Positions 8,635 through 20,959 of a stretch of 32,000 nucleotides of DNA are shown in pieces. The notes below the pieces were generated by a model. That model had not been told where the DNA came from. It saw only the letters and a list, made by a program, of their open reading frames with translations, and made no database searches. The translations under genes were made by a program, and so were the position numbers. The stretch is taken from assembly GCA_030037755.1 (NCBI GenBank), contig JASHQD010000771.1, forward strand, positions 10,981-42,980. Direction: 5' to 3'. This stretch comes from Terriglobia bacterium (GTDB lineage: Bacteria; Acidobacteriota; Terriglobia; UBA7540). Positions within the stretch are counted from its first letter, which is position 1. Each line of letters begins with the position of its first letter.

Positions 8635-10134
8635 CTATGTCTCGGAGGAAAAGCTTGCTGGGAGCTCGCCGAGTGCAGCCACAGCTCGCCGGATGCGTTT
8701 CGGATAGTTCTGGAGTAATTGCTGTTTCCTCTTTAACCAGCCTCTGTTCGACGCGGTTACCGCGCCAGAGCGCGCGATCGCGGCTCGGACCTGACCCGGC
8801 GCCGGCCCGCCGTCGACCGTTCTCAGGTTGACGAAGTGGACCGGATCGAGCGCCTTCATGCACTCCTGGTCCGTGATCCTAAGGCGGCGCTGGATTGTCG
8901 ACGGCGCCAGTCGTTTGAGGGCAGACACCATGTTTCGATGGGTGTACGCCCCGCCCACTTCCTGCACGGCCCGTGAAACGAGTTCGTGCGCCTGGCGGAA
9001 ACTCATGCCTTCCTTGCGCACCAGCGTGTCCGCCAGTTCCGTAACCGTCAGCGGCCGATCGGAGACGCGTCGGCTCAGGCTCTGTTTGTCGATGCCGGCA
9101 GCGCCGAGAAGCCCGGCGAATAGCCGGAGCGCCCGCAAGCCGTCGGCAAACATCGAGAGGACGAGCGGTTGCAGATCGTCCTCGCTGTCCACGATATCGC
9201 CGAACGGGGTGTTGTGGGCGCAGGTCAGTACCGCCTGGGCCTGGCCCAGCGCCTTGCTGGCCAGGATTCGCGTGTGTTCGAGGGCCACCGGGTTACGCTT
9301 CTGAGGCATGATGCTGCTGACCTGTACGTAGGCGTCGCTGAGCCGCAGAAAGCCAAACTCTTCGGAGCACCAGAGCAGCATGTCCTGGACGAGCTTGCCC
9401 AGGCTGATCATCAGCACGGCCACCACTCCGGCGGCTTCGGTCAGATAGTCCACGGCCGCGATCGCACCGTAGGAGTTGAATTGCAGACCTTCAAAACCCA
9501 GAAGCCGGGCGGTGTAGGCGCGATCGATGGGAAAACCCGTGGTGGTGATTGCGCACGCGCCCAGCGGACTCCGGTTGACCCGTGCAAACAGCTCCCTCAG
9601 CCTCTCAATATCGCGTTCGAGAAACTCGCAGGCAGCCATCAGGTAGTGAGCGAAGGTAGTCGGCTGAGCCGGCTGTGTGTGTGTGTAGGCCGGCATGATG
9701 GTGTTGACGTGATCGTTCGCCCAATCCAGAAGCACGCCCGACGCTCCTATGGCGGCTTCCGTCAGTTCGAGGATTTCGCGCCGTACCACCATGCGATACA
9801 TGGTGATGTCGATATCGTTGCGGCTGCGGGCCGTGTGCATCTTGCCTGCGATCTCGGCGCCGCACTGCTCCACGAGGCGCTGCTCGATATGGAAAAAGAG
9901 GTCCTCACAACATCCGTCCCGCGTCGCCTCAGCCAAGGTCGCTCGGTCCAGCCGGCCAAGGGCTTGCAGGCAGACCTCCGCATCGCGGCGGCCAATGATT
10001 TTCTGCCGGCAAAGCATCAGGGTGTGCGCGGCATGAATCTCCAGCAACGAGTCGAGAAAATAGTGCTTGGCGTCTTCGAAGTTGACGGCCAGTACGGTTT
10101 CATCGTAAATCGGCGCGGGAAATCGATCGTTCAT
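8635..10134 (-). CDS. Argininosuccinate lyase / fumarate-lyase superfamily protein (ArgH-like paralog)
   Basis: KMHTARSRNDIDIT and the SS-loop signature SSIMPQKRNPVALEH. Start taken at MNDRFPAP (10134), so it does not overlap the upstream gene. The canonical N-terminal WGGRF of ArgH is not present. Confidence 0.75.
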   Translation of the reverse strand: MNDRFPAPIYDETVLAVNFEDAKHYFLDSLLEIHAAHTLMLCRQKIIGRRDAEVCLQALGRLDRATLAEATRDGCCEDLFFHIEQRLVEQCGAEIAGKMHTARSRNDIDITMYRMVVRREILELTEAAIGASGVLLDWANDHVNTIMPAYTHTQPAQPTTFAHYLMAACEFLERDIERLRELFARVNRSPLGACAITTTGFPIDRAYTARLLGFEGLQFNSYGAIAAVDYLTEAAGVVAVLMISLGKLVQDMLLWCSEEFGFLRLSDAYVQVSSIMPQKRNPVALEHTRILASKALGQAQAVLTCAHNTPFGDIVDSEDDLQPLVLSMFADGLRALRLFAGLLGAAGIDKQSLSRRVSDRPLTVTELADTLVRKEGMSFRQAHELVSRAVQEVGGAYTHRNMVSALKRLAPSTIQRRLRITDQECMKALDPVHFVNLRTVDGGPAPGQVRAAIARSGAVTASNRGWLKRKQQLLQNYPKRIRRAVAALGELPASFSSET

Positions 10135-10190
10135 TCTGTGGAATGCCCGCCTCATGCCGGGACGAATCCCGGGGGGCGGGCTCCTCTTCT

Positions 10191-11609
10191 TCACCGTCCC
10201 AGATTTTCTTCCAGCCACTTCACCATGCGAGCTTTGTAGAACATCCACTCGGGATGCCCCTCCCAGTTCTCCATACCATGCGGAGCCTTCTCGACCAGAA
10301 TCAGATCGTGGCGGGCGTGAACTCCACCGAGGCGGCGCGCGTACTCCTCAGTGCCCGGATACAGCTCATCGCCCGTGCCCTGGACGATCAGAATGGGTGG
10401 CAGACGGGCGCTAGCATGAAAAAGGGGAGAATAGCGGCGCAGAGTGGCCGCACTTTGATCCTCAAACATGCGCGGCAACATGCGCTTGAAATCGGGATCG
10501 TTTTTCCAGCGTTCGAAATTGTAAACGCCGTAAAACGAGACGACCGCCTGGACCTCGCACCCGGCGCAAGGCATCGATGCCAGCTGGGCCACGAGGTGTC
10601 CGCTGGCGGATTCACCAAGCAGCGCGATCCGGTTGGGGTCGACGTGGAACCAGCCGGCATGCAGGCGAACGAAGCGCACGGCGTTCCGCACATCTTCGAG
10701 TTGCTCGGGAACATGGACGTAAGGCGTCAGACGATAATCGATCGAGAACCACGCGAATCCGGCCTGAGCGAGCGGTGCGAATACAGGTGAGACATAGGTG
10801 ATCTTGTCGCCTGCCTCCCAACCCCCGCCGTGGACAATGATCACGGCCGGAAAGGGGCCTTTGCCATCGGGAACATAAGCATCCATCAGCAGATCACGAC
10901 CGCCGGGACGCGAGTAGGCAACGTCCTTCCACAGGCCACGCTGGTCCCGGCGCAGCCAGGCCCTGAGTTCTTCCTTCCAATACCACTGGTCGGGATGCCA
11001 GTTCTCGAAATCGTGAATCGCTCCGGCAACCGGAAAGTAAGTGCAGTTCGGAAGATGCTGGCAGAAACTCGCGATCTCGTCTGGCTTGACCTCATCGTCT
11101 GCAGCGCCCTGGATCATCAGAGATCTGATGGACGTCGCGAGGTCGTCAGCCTGAGCGGTGTTTAATCGGGCGCTGATCGTGACTACGGCCTCGAAGTTGC
11201 CGCGCCGCGCCAAATCAAGTGCCACGGCCGCTCCGCTATCGTTGCCAATCAGGACCATCCGGCTTGTGATGTTGAACCGGCCCGGACAGCGGATGTAGTC
11301 GATGGCTTTCGATACGTCGTCGGCCGAGCCGTAGTCCGCCGAAAACCAGGCGAACCCTGCGTCAGCGAGCAGAGGAAAGAGCTGGTTTACGTGCGTAGTT
11401 CTGTTGCCGGAGCCGCCATGGATGATGACCGCCGCAGGGCGAGGCTCACCTGCCGGTGCGTAAGCATCCAGCGAATAGGCCGGCTCATAAGAGAGACCGC
11501 TGACGGCCCCGGGCAGAATAAAATCGCCGTGCTGTCCCTCAGCCGGTGGAAGCGCGCACGTTTGCGCCCCCACCAGCAGGGGAACCGCAAGGGCAAGGAG
11601 TGAGAGCAT
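10191..11609 (-). CDS. Secreted tandem (duplicated) alpha/beta-hydrolase, esterase/lipase-like
   Basis: Two homologous halves. N half: AAVIIHGGSG, GNDSGA, AIHDFENWHPDQWYWKEELRAWL. C half: AVIIVHGGGWEAGD, GESASG, APHGMENWEGHPEWMFYKARMVKWL. Both contain AGFAWFSxDY. Start at MLSLLALAVPLLVGA (11609), 7 nt after the receptor stop. Confidence 0.75.
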   Translation of the reverse strand: MLSLLALAVPLLVGAQTCALPPAEGQHGDFILPGAVSGLSYEPAYSLDAYAPAGEPRPAAVIIHGGSGNRTTHVNQLFPLLADAGFAWFSADYGSADDVSKAIDYIRCPGRFNITSRMVLIGNDSGAAVALDLARRGNFEAVVTISARLNTAQADDLATSIRSLMIQGAADDEVKPDEIASFCQHLPNCTYFPVAGAIHDFENWHPDQWYWKEELRAWLRRDQRGLWKDVAYSRPGGRDLLMDAYVPDGKGPFPAVIIVHGGGWEAGDKITYVSPVFAPLAQAGFAWFSIDYRLTPYVHVPEQLEDVRNAVRFVRLHAGWFHVDPNRIALLGESASGHLVAQLASMPCAGCEVQAVVSFYGVYNFERWKNDPDFKRMLPRMFEDQSAATLRRYSPLFHASARLPPILIVQGTGDELYPGTEEYARRLGGVHARHDLILVEKAPHGMENWEGHPEWMFYKARMVKWLEENLGR

Positions 11610-11616
11610 CGACTTC

Positions 11617-15060
<3,444 letters not shown>

Positions 15061-15336
15061 TTTCCTTTCCCCCGTTCAGTGGAATTTACACCCGGCGCAG
15101 GCAGCAAGCAGATAGCAATTGATCAGAGTTTTCTGGTGGCAGTTTTCAGTCCACTCTCTACGCTGAGGCACACCATCCTGAATTGTCAAGCGCCAAACCA
15201 TAGGACAAGCAGAAAACCGTGATGCTTCGGCGCCTCCCCAAGCGATGAGCGGGGTGCGGTGTCGAGCTGTTCGTGAGTCTTCTATGGCTCAGGCAGGCAT
15301 TCACGGGCCATCAGGATAAGCAAAGGGGTGAATCAC

Positions 15337-16011
15337 TTATTCTTCCACTCGGCGCTTTTGTCCGGCTTGCCCCATGCCGCGTAAAGTTACGAGCCACTGA
15401 TGCGCCAGGTCCAGGTGATGGAGATCGGGGGCGCCCATGTGCTTCTTCCGATCCAACATCCCCTGGTAGGCTTCGATGAGAAGGGGTTCGGCTTCGGCGT
15501 ATTTCTTCTCGCCGGCGAGGCTCTCGCCCTGTAGGCTTTCGGCGCGATAGCGCTGCCAATCATCGGGCTGCACCTTCTTGTCGAGCTCCAGCGCCGGGCG
15601 CGCCGCGGATTCGGCCTCGGCGAATTGTTTCTGTGACACCTCGGCCAACGCGAGATGGTTGCTCCAGTCCAGGGTGGTCGTGTCTTCCGGCCCAAAGGTG
15701 TGCCGCGCGCCCGCCACCGCCTCTGATGCACGCGCCTCGGCGAGGGCATACTTGCCCTCTTGCTGGTACAGGTAAGCAGAATCCGCAAGCAGGCTAAGCG
15801 TCAGGGGATGCTCGGGACCCAGCACGCGTGCCGCGGTGGCCAAGCCCTGACTTGAGAGCGCTTCGGCCTGCGCATACTTTGCCTCCGCCGTGTAGGTGGC
15901 CCCGAGATTGTCCTGGCAAGCGAGTGTTTTGTCATTTTCGGGACCGAGCACGCGGCGATCGATATCCAAAGTTTGGCTGAGGAGCGCTTCGGATTGCGGG
16001 TAGTTGCACCG
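15337..16011 (-). pseudogene. TPR-repeat C-terminal domain detached from the upstream Ser/Thr kinase by a deletion/frameshift
   Basis: The frame is open from the TGA at 16014-16012. It reads RCNYPQSEALLSQTLDIDRRVLGPENDKTLACQDNLGATYTAEAKYAQAEAL..., a tetratricopeptide pattern. There is no ATG/GTG start near its 5' end (only TTG at 15969). It overlaps the kinase ORF end (15932) in another frame. Confidence 0.6.
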
Positions 16012-17260
16012 TCATGTTGGGATCGGGTTTCGACTGGTAGAAGGCGCTGGCCTGCCCCAGGAGATCCTTCTGCAGGAAATCGTTCACCGCCTGGGCGATG
16101 GCCGATTGCTGTTTGGCCTTCGTTTCCGCACGCCGCGTCCGCACCGCAGCCAAGGTGCTGATCACCGCCGCCGCGATGAGCACAAGCACGAATGCCGTCA
16201 CGGTGACGAAGGCCGCGCGGTACCGCCGGGCCAGCTTGCGAGCGCGATACGCGACAGACGGCGGGACGGCGAGCACCGCCTCGTTCCTCCGGTAGCGGCC
16301 GATGTCGGCGGCGAATTCCGAAGGCGATCCGTAACGCCGCGAGCGGTCCTTTTCGAGAGCCTTGAGCGCGATCGCGTCGAGATCGCCGCGCATCAACCGC
16401 ACCAGGGTCAGCGCTTCCGTGCGGCGCTTGTGAGCGACGTCGAATGAAGAGACCGGGTCCGCACTGCTGACTTTGGTGCTGGGCTTCGGGGGATCGTCCT
16501 CGCGCAGCCGGCGCAGGAATTCGGTCAGCGCAACCTTGCGCAGATCGATCGGAGGCGCGCCTGCCAGCAATTCGTAGAAGATGATGCCCAGCGAATAGAC
16601 ATCCGAACGCGTGTCGATGTCCTCGCCCGAGGAAAGAGCCTGCTCCGGACTCATGTATTCCGGGGTTCCGACCATCGTCCCGACGCGCGTCAACAGCGTC
16701 TCCGCCGTCAGCCTCTGGCTGAGAGCCTTGGCCACCCCGAAGTCGATGATCTTCGGCGCCGGGCGCCCGTCCACCTCCGTCACCAGGATGTTGGAAGGTT
16801 TCAGATCGCGGTGGATGATCGCTTTCTGGTGCGCGTGCTGGACCCCATCGCAGAGGCGCATGAACAGTTCCAGGCGATCGCGCGTGCTGAGCCGGTGATC
16901 GTCGCAGTAGGTGGTGATGGGCACGCCGGCCACGTATTCCATCACGAAGTAGGGCGTGCCCTCCGACGTGGAGCCGGCATCGAGGACTCTGGCGATGGCG
17001 AAATGATCCATCAAGGCCAAAGCCTGGCGCTCGGACTCAAAGCGCGCCATCACCTCGCGGCTGTTCATGCCCGCTTTGACCAGCTTGATCGCCACGCGGC
17101 AGCGCACGGGTTCCTTCTGCTCCGCCAGCCACACCTCACCCATGCCGCCTTCGCCGATTTTCTGGGTCAGGTGATAGCGGCCGATTACCGTACCCGTTGA
17201 CGTGGCCGCGTCGCTGGTGCCTGGCGTGAGGATGGGATCGGATTGTTCGTCTGCGGGCAT
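15932..17260 (-). CDS. Membrane-anchored Ser/Thr protein kinase (Hanks type), C-terminally truncated
   Basis: GEGGMGEVW, VAIK, HRDLKPSNIL, DFGVAK, GTPEYMSPE, then a TM helix AAFVTVTAFVLVLIAAAVISTLAAV. After ..QSKPDPNMTV the frame yields non-homologous QLPAIRSAPQPNFGYRSPRARSRK*. Confidence 0.85.
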   Translation of the reverse strand: MPADEQSDPILTPGTSDAATSTGTVIGRYHLTQKIGEGGMGEVWLAEQKEPVRCRVAIKLVKAGMNSREVMARFESERQALALMDHFAIARVLDAGSTSEGTPYFVMEYVAGVPITTYCDDHRLSTRDRLELFMRLCDGVQHAHQKAIIHRDLKPSNILVTEVDGRPAPKIIDFGVAKALSQRLTAETLLTRVGTMVGTPEYMSPEQALSSGEDIDTRSDVYSLGIIFYELLAGAPPIDLRKVALTEFLRRLREDDPPKPSTKVSSADPVSSFDVAHKRRTEALTLVRLMRGDLDAIALKALEKDRSRRYGSPSEFAADIGRYRRNEAVLAVPPSVAYRARKLARRYRAAFVTVTAFVLVLIAAAVISTLAAVRTRRAETKAKQQSAIAQAVNDFLQKDLLGQASAFYQSKPDPNMTVQLPAIRSAPQPNFGYRSPRARSRK

Positions 17261-17267
17261 GACTGCG

Positions 17268-17792
17268 CTACCGTCGCGCAGGGCTCGACGCGGGATGGAT
17301 CACGACCTTGCGCTCGGGTCCCTGACCGTCGCTCTCGGTGCGCACTTCGGGACGATTGTTCAGCGCCAGGTGGATGATCCGGCGCTCGCGCGCGTTCATG
17401 GGCCCGAGCGGAAAGGGCATCCCGGTGTCGCGGACGCGGTCCGCCGCCACCTGCGCCATCAGTTTCAACTCTTCCACGCGCATGTGGCGGTAATCTTCGC
17501 AGTCAAAGCTGATCTTCGGGAAGAGACTCTCTTCGAGGCGCACGGCGCGCAGCACCACGTACTCAATGGCGTTCAGCAATTCGCCATGCGCTTCGAGCAG
17601 AAGTCCGGCGTCGGGCCCGGAGAAATCGACAATCGTTGCCGGTGAATGTTCATCGACCGGCTCCAGGTGCCGAAGCTTGACTTCGAGCCGGAATCCGCCG
17701 AGCTTGACGATTTTGCGCGCGAGGTCTTCGATGGCCGCATAGTAGCTTTCGAGCGGTGTTGGCGCGGGTGAGGGCGAGGGTTCTGATCCCAT
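17268..17792 (-). CDS. jag: Jag/KhpB-like KH + R3H RNA-binding protein
   Basis: R3H motif NARERRIIHLAL and KH-like core. ATG at 17792-17790 lies 2 nt after the yidC stop (17795-17797). The 305-aa track ORF extension overlaps yidC and is not credible. Confidence 0.85.
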   Translation of the reverse strand: MGSEPSPSPAPTPLESYYAAIEDLARKIVKLGGFRLEVKLRHLEPVDEHSPATIVDFSGPDAGLLLEAHGELLNAIEYVVLRAVRLEESLFPKISFDCEDYRHMRVEELKLMAQVAADRVRDTGMPFPLGPMNARERRIIHLALNNRPEVRTESDGQGPERKVVIHPASSPARR

Positions 17793-17794
17793 AA

Positions 17795-19645
17795 TCAGTT
17801 TTTCGCGGCCAGCGGTTTGCGCGCGCCGCGGCCGGGACGCTGTCCGCCGTTCTTGGCCGGACCTGACCCCTCGGTTTCTTTCGTTTCGGGGGCGCCAGCA
17901 ACAATGGGCGAATGGGGGATGAAGCGGTTGATGATCAACTGCTGCGCAATGCCCACCAGATTCGCCGTCATATAGTAGAGCACGACGCCGGAAGCGAGGC
18001 GGTAGAAAATCGTACCAAAAACCAGGGGCATGAAGTACATCATGCGCTTCTGCGTGGGATCGGTGGCGCCCATTGGCGTCATGATCTGCATCACAAACAT
18101 GCTGATGATCATCAACGTCGGTAGCAAAGCCAGCGGGAATCCGAACGGTTTGCAGGCGTCCGGCAGCGACAGGTCGCGGACGCATCCGAACCAGGGCGCG
18201 TGGCGCAGCTCGATCACCGTGCCAAGCACTTCGTAGAATCCATAGATCAGCGGAAGCTGCAAGACCATGGGCAAGCAGCCGGCGACGGGATTGATCCCGT
18301 ACTGCTTGTAGACCTCCATGATTTCCTGGTTCATCTTCTGCTTGCGCGGATCGTTCATCTTGTACTGCTTGTACTTGTCCTGGATGCGCTTGATAATCGG
18401 CGCCACTTTCTGCTGCTTTTGCGCGAGGTGGATGCCCTTGATCTTGAGCGGGAAGAGGGCCAAGTTGATCAGCACCGTGAGGAGCACGATGGCCCAGCCG
18501 TAGTTCCGCACCCAGTGCTGGTAGATGTAGCGCAAGCCGAGGAACAGCGGCTCGGCCAGAACCTTGAAGACACCGAACTCGACCAGGTTGTCGAGCGGCG
18601 GATTCATCGACTTCAGCAGATCGAGATCCTTGGGCGCGACGAACAATCCGAAGGCAAGCGGTTGCGAAGAAGCGGTGGAGAGATCGACTTCGAACGGCGC
18701 GGGCAGGTCTTTGTCCGTCCAGTTGGCGGGCTTCCAGGACTGCCGGCTGATTTTGAACTCGTCTCCCGGGGTGCGCGGCAGGAAAATGTCGACGAAGTAG
18801 TGGTCTTCCAGACCGGCGTATTGGAGCGCGCCGGAAACGCTCTGCGGACCCTTAAGCTTGCTCTCTTTGGTTTTGGTAACGTCGCCGCCGAGGTCGTAAA
18901 CCGCCTGGCTGTTCGAGCTGAGCATCTTCGGCCCAAGCGAGTAGTCGCCGAAACCGCCCGTCCACTCCACGCCCACGGGCAGCGCGCTCGCGCTGGTATC
19001 GGAGGCGGTCACCGTGACGGCCACTTCATAACTCTGCCCGAACGAGAACGTCTTCTGGATCTGATTCCGGCCGTCGCTGTAAGTGAAGTTCACTTCCGCC
19101 GGCGCGCGTAGCGGCGCCCCTTGTGGGTGCCCTTCGGAGGTTGTCTGAACGGCGTAGACAGCGCTGTTGAGCTTGCCGACAAGAGCCGTGTCGGGCAGCG
19201 TCACCTGCATCGGCCAGCCGAGTTGCGCGGCGGCTTCCTGGTTGACCAGATCGAGCGGCTGGTTCCCGGCGTCGGTGTACTTCTTGAGGATCCAGCTCTT
19301 GATCACCGCGCCTTGCGTGTTGAAGGTGATCCGATAGACGTCGTTCTCGACCACCACATCTTCAGCCTGCTTGCCTTCGATGGGAACGACCGCGGGCACA
19401 GGAGCGGTCTTGACGCGCTTGCCGGTTGCAGCCGCAGTCGCCGTCGCCGTGCCCGAAGGCGCGGGAGTAACCGGACTGGCCGCCGCCGGAGCGCCCGGAT
19501 TCTGCTTCGAGGATTCGGCCGGCGCTTCAGTCTCGGAATTCTCCGGCGCGTAGCCGAGCTTCTTCATCACCGTCGGCCAGAGGACGATGATGAGCAGCAC
19601 AATCCCGAAAGCCAGAAATACCCGCTTGTTTTCGCCGAAATTCAA
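17795..19645 (-). CDS. yidC: Membrane protein insertase YidC
   Basis: 616 aa. N-terminal TM, large periplasmic domain, and conserved C-terminal core (FPLKIKGIHLAQKQQKVAPIIKRIQDKYK, INPVAGCLPMVLQLPLIYGFY, LYYMTANLVGIAQQ). TTG start at 19645-19643, preceded by AGAGG at 7-nt spacing directly after the yidD TAA. Confidence 0.95.
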   Translation of the reverse strand: MNFGENKRVFLAFGIVLLIIVLWPTVMKKLGYAPENSETEAPAESSKQNPGAPAAASPVTPAPSGTATATAAATGKRVKTAPVPAVVPIEGKQAEDVVVENDVYRITFNTQGAVIKSWILKKYTDAGNQPLDLVNQEAAAQLGWPMQVTLPDTALVGKLNSAVYAVQTTSEGHPQGAPLRAPAEVNFTYSDGRNQIQKTFSFGQSYEVAVTVTASDTSASALPVGVEWTGGFGDYSLGPKMLSSNSQAVYDLGGDVTKTKESKLKGPQSVSGALQYAGLEDHYFVDIFLPRTPGDEFKISRQSWKPANWTDKDLPAPFEVDLSTASSQPLAFGLFVAPKDLDLLKSMNPPLDNLVEFGVFKVLAEPLFLGLRYIYQHWVRNYGWAIVLLTVLINLALFPLKIKGIHLAQKQQKVAPIIKRIQDKYKQYKMNDPRKQKMNQEIMEVYKQYGINPVAGCLPMVLQLPLIYGFYEVLGTVIELRHAPWFGCVRDLSLPDACKPFGFPLALLPTLMIISMFVMQIMTPMGATDPTQKRMMYFMPLVFGTIFYRLASGVVLYYMTANLVGIAQQLIINRFIPHSPIVAGAPETKETEGSGPAKNGGQRPGRGARKPLAAKN

Positions 19646-19657
19646 AATCCAGCCTCT

Positions 19658-19927
19658 TTAATGACGCGCATCAGAACCCGCGTGCTTGTCACTTGCCACT
19701 TGCCACTCGCCACTTACTTCCGGCACCGGATCGTATCCGAAAGGTCCGAAAGGACGGCAGCGCCCCAGACGCCTTAGCGTGAGTCCCAGGCCGCGCCGCA
19801 GGCCCCACGTCGACACGGCCTCGTAAGCATAAGTCGAGCATGTGGGATAGAAGCGGCAGGACGAAGGGAGGGCGGGCGAAATCGCGGCGCGATAAAATCC
19901 GATCGCGGCCAGTGCTAGTCTCTTTAT
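19658..19927 (-). CDS. yidD: Membrane protein insertion efficiency factor YidD (start codon uncertain, apparently ATA)
   Basis: Conserved core [61 protein letters not shown]. No ATG/GTG/TTG in frame within the expected N-terminal region. By length homology the start is the ATA at 19927-19925, overlapping the rnpA TAA. Confidence 0.7.
   Translation of the reverse strand: MKRLALAAIGFYRAAISPALPSSCRFYPTCSTYAYEAVSTWGLRRGLGLTLRRLGRCRPFGPFGYDPVPEVSGEWQVASDKHAGSDARH
19685..19719. repeat. Heptanucleotide tandem array inside the 3' end of yidD
   Basis: Plus strand reads CTTGTCA CTTGCCA CTTGCCA CTCGCCA CTTACTT. On the minus strand it encodes the non-conserved tail ..[10 protein letters not shown].. 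after the YidD core. Confidence 0.55.
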
Positions 19928-20367
19928 GTAGCCCCTGAGCGTGGCGGCGCCGGCGTTTCCGGCGACTTCGCTTCCCGCGTGGCCGGCGCCGCGCTTGAAG
20001 GCGCATTCGCAACCGGCGGGGCGGCGGGAAACAGCCGCAGCAATTCCCGGGTCAAGGCATCGAACGGCGCCCGCGCCAGGCCTTTGCGCGGATTCACCAC
20101 GATGTCCCAGCCGCCCGGAATCGTGGCCTGGTTCAAGCGGAATACTTCGCGCACGCGGCGCTTCAATCGATTGCGAAGCGGCGCGCTGCCCACAGCGACG
20201 GGCACCGTCAGGCCCAGACGGCTCTCGGCAAGTCCGTTCGATCGAAAAAACACCGTGCATAAGGACGCGCTCCGGCGCTTGCCTTCCTCATAAACCCGCC
20301 GGAACTCATTTCGCCTGAGCAGCCGAAGTTGCTTGGGGAATGCGTATGGCCGACGGCCGGCATTCAT
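19924..20367 (-). CDS. rnpA: Ribonuclease P protein component RnpA
   Basis: [22 protein letters not shown] and the RNR motif [11 protein letters not shown]. Its ATG overlaps the rpmH TGA as ATGA (20367-20364). Pro/Ala-rich C-terminal extension. Confidence 0.9.
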   Translation of the reverse strand: MNAGRRPYAFPKQLRLLRRNEFRRVYEEGKRRSASLCTVFFRSNGLAESRLGLTVPVAVGSAPLRNRLKRRVREVFRLNQATIPGGWDIVVNPRKGLARAPFDALTRELLRLFPAAPPVANAPSSAAPATREAKSPETPAPPRSGAT

Positions 20368-20498
20368 GGAGTCAGCTGGTGCCGGCCCTTCTGGCGCCGC
20401 CGGCTGAGGGTCTTGCGGCCTCCTGGCGTGCGCATCCGGATCCGGAAGCCGTGCGTCTTTGACCTGCGTCTGCGGTTCGGTTGAAACGTGCGCTTCAA
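20364..20498 (-). CDS. rpmH: 50S ribosomal protein L34
   Basis: (M)[43 protein letters not shown], 44 aa. TTG start at 20498-20496, preceded by GGAGAGG at 6-nt spacing. Confidence 0.9.
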   Translation of the reverse strand: MKRTFQPNRRRRSKTHGFRIRMRTPGGRKTLSRRRQKGRHQLTP

Positions 20499-20550
20499 AG
20501 CAAACCTCTCCCTGCGCCTGAATGTGCGAATGAACGCGGCGGTAACTCTT

Positions 20551-20579
20551 AGAATAGACGGTGCGCCGGGTTGCGTCAA
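20551..20579 (-). promoter_or_regulatory. Candidate sigma70-type promoter of the rpmH-rnpA-yidD-yidC-jag operon
   Basis: Minus strand reads TTGACG (20579-20574) - 17 nt - TATTCT (20556-20551), about 50 nt upstream of the rpmH TTG. Confidence 0.45.
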
Positions 20580-20959
20580 GACGCGTTGTGAATCGCAGCC
20601 GGGAGTCCGGTCCCGGGACGCCGGGTCTGGGAACTTCGTGCCTGCACTGGTCCGTTAGTCGGGTGAGGTCGATGTGAATCACTAAATGCCGAAATGTCGG
20701 CGTCGGACGCGTGCCCATTTCGCAGGCGCGGCGGGCGATATCTACGCAGGTGCGATAACGGACTGGTTTTCTTCCGGACACGACGGGAGACTTTCCCGGT
20801 ACACTGCTGATTTCAAAGCACATTCCTCCGGACGATTAACTTGCTCGGTAACACATCGTTCGTGAAAGTGGGCCAAATCATCTGCCTCAGATGGACCCGC
20901 CAAGGGCGCGCGCGGTATGGGTGGGCATGGAAACGCCGGCCGCGAGCCGGCGCCACAGT

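Noticed and set aside
17793-18185. Upstream extensions of track ORFs for jag (to 18185), yidD (to 20260), the ArgH-like gene (to 10248), the esterase (to 11639) and rnpA (to 20823).
   Set aside because: The extensions overlap the preceding conserved genes. Homology begins at the internal starts, which have SD sequences or stop/start coupling.
20580-20959. The 380-nt non-coding gap upstream of rpmH was examined as a possible oriC / dnaA-proximal region or small gene (an ATG at 20823 with an adjacent GGAGG).
   Set aside because: No dnaA gene and no good DnaA boxes; the best, TGTGAATCA, matches 6/9. The GGAGG is only 1 nt from the ATG, and the ORF runs through the rpmH promoter and gene in a non-coding frame. 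Only GC-rich hairpins were seen.
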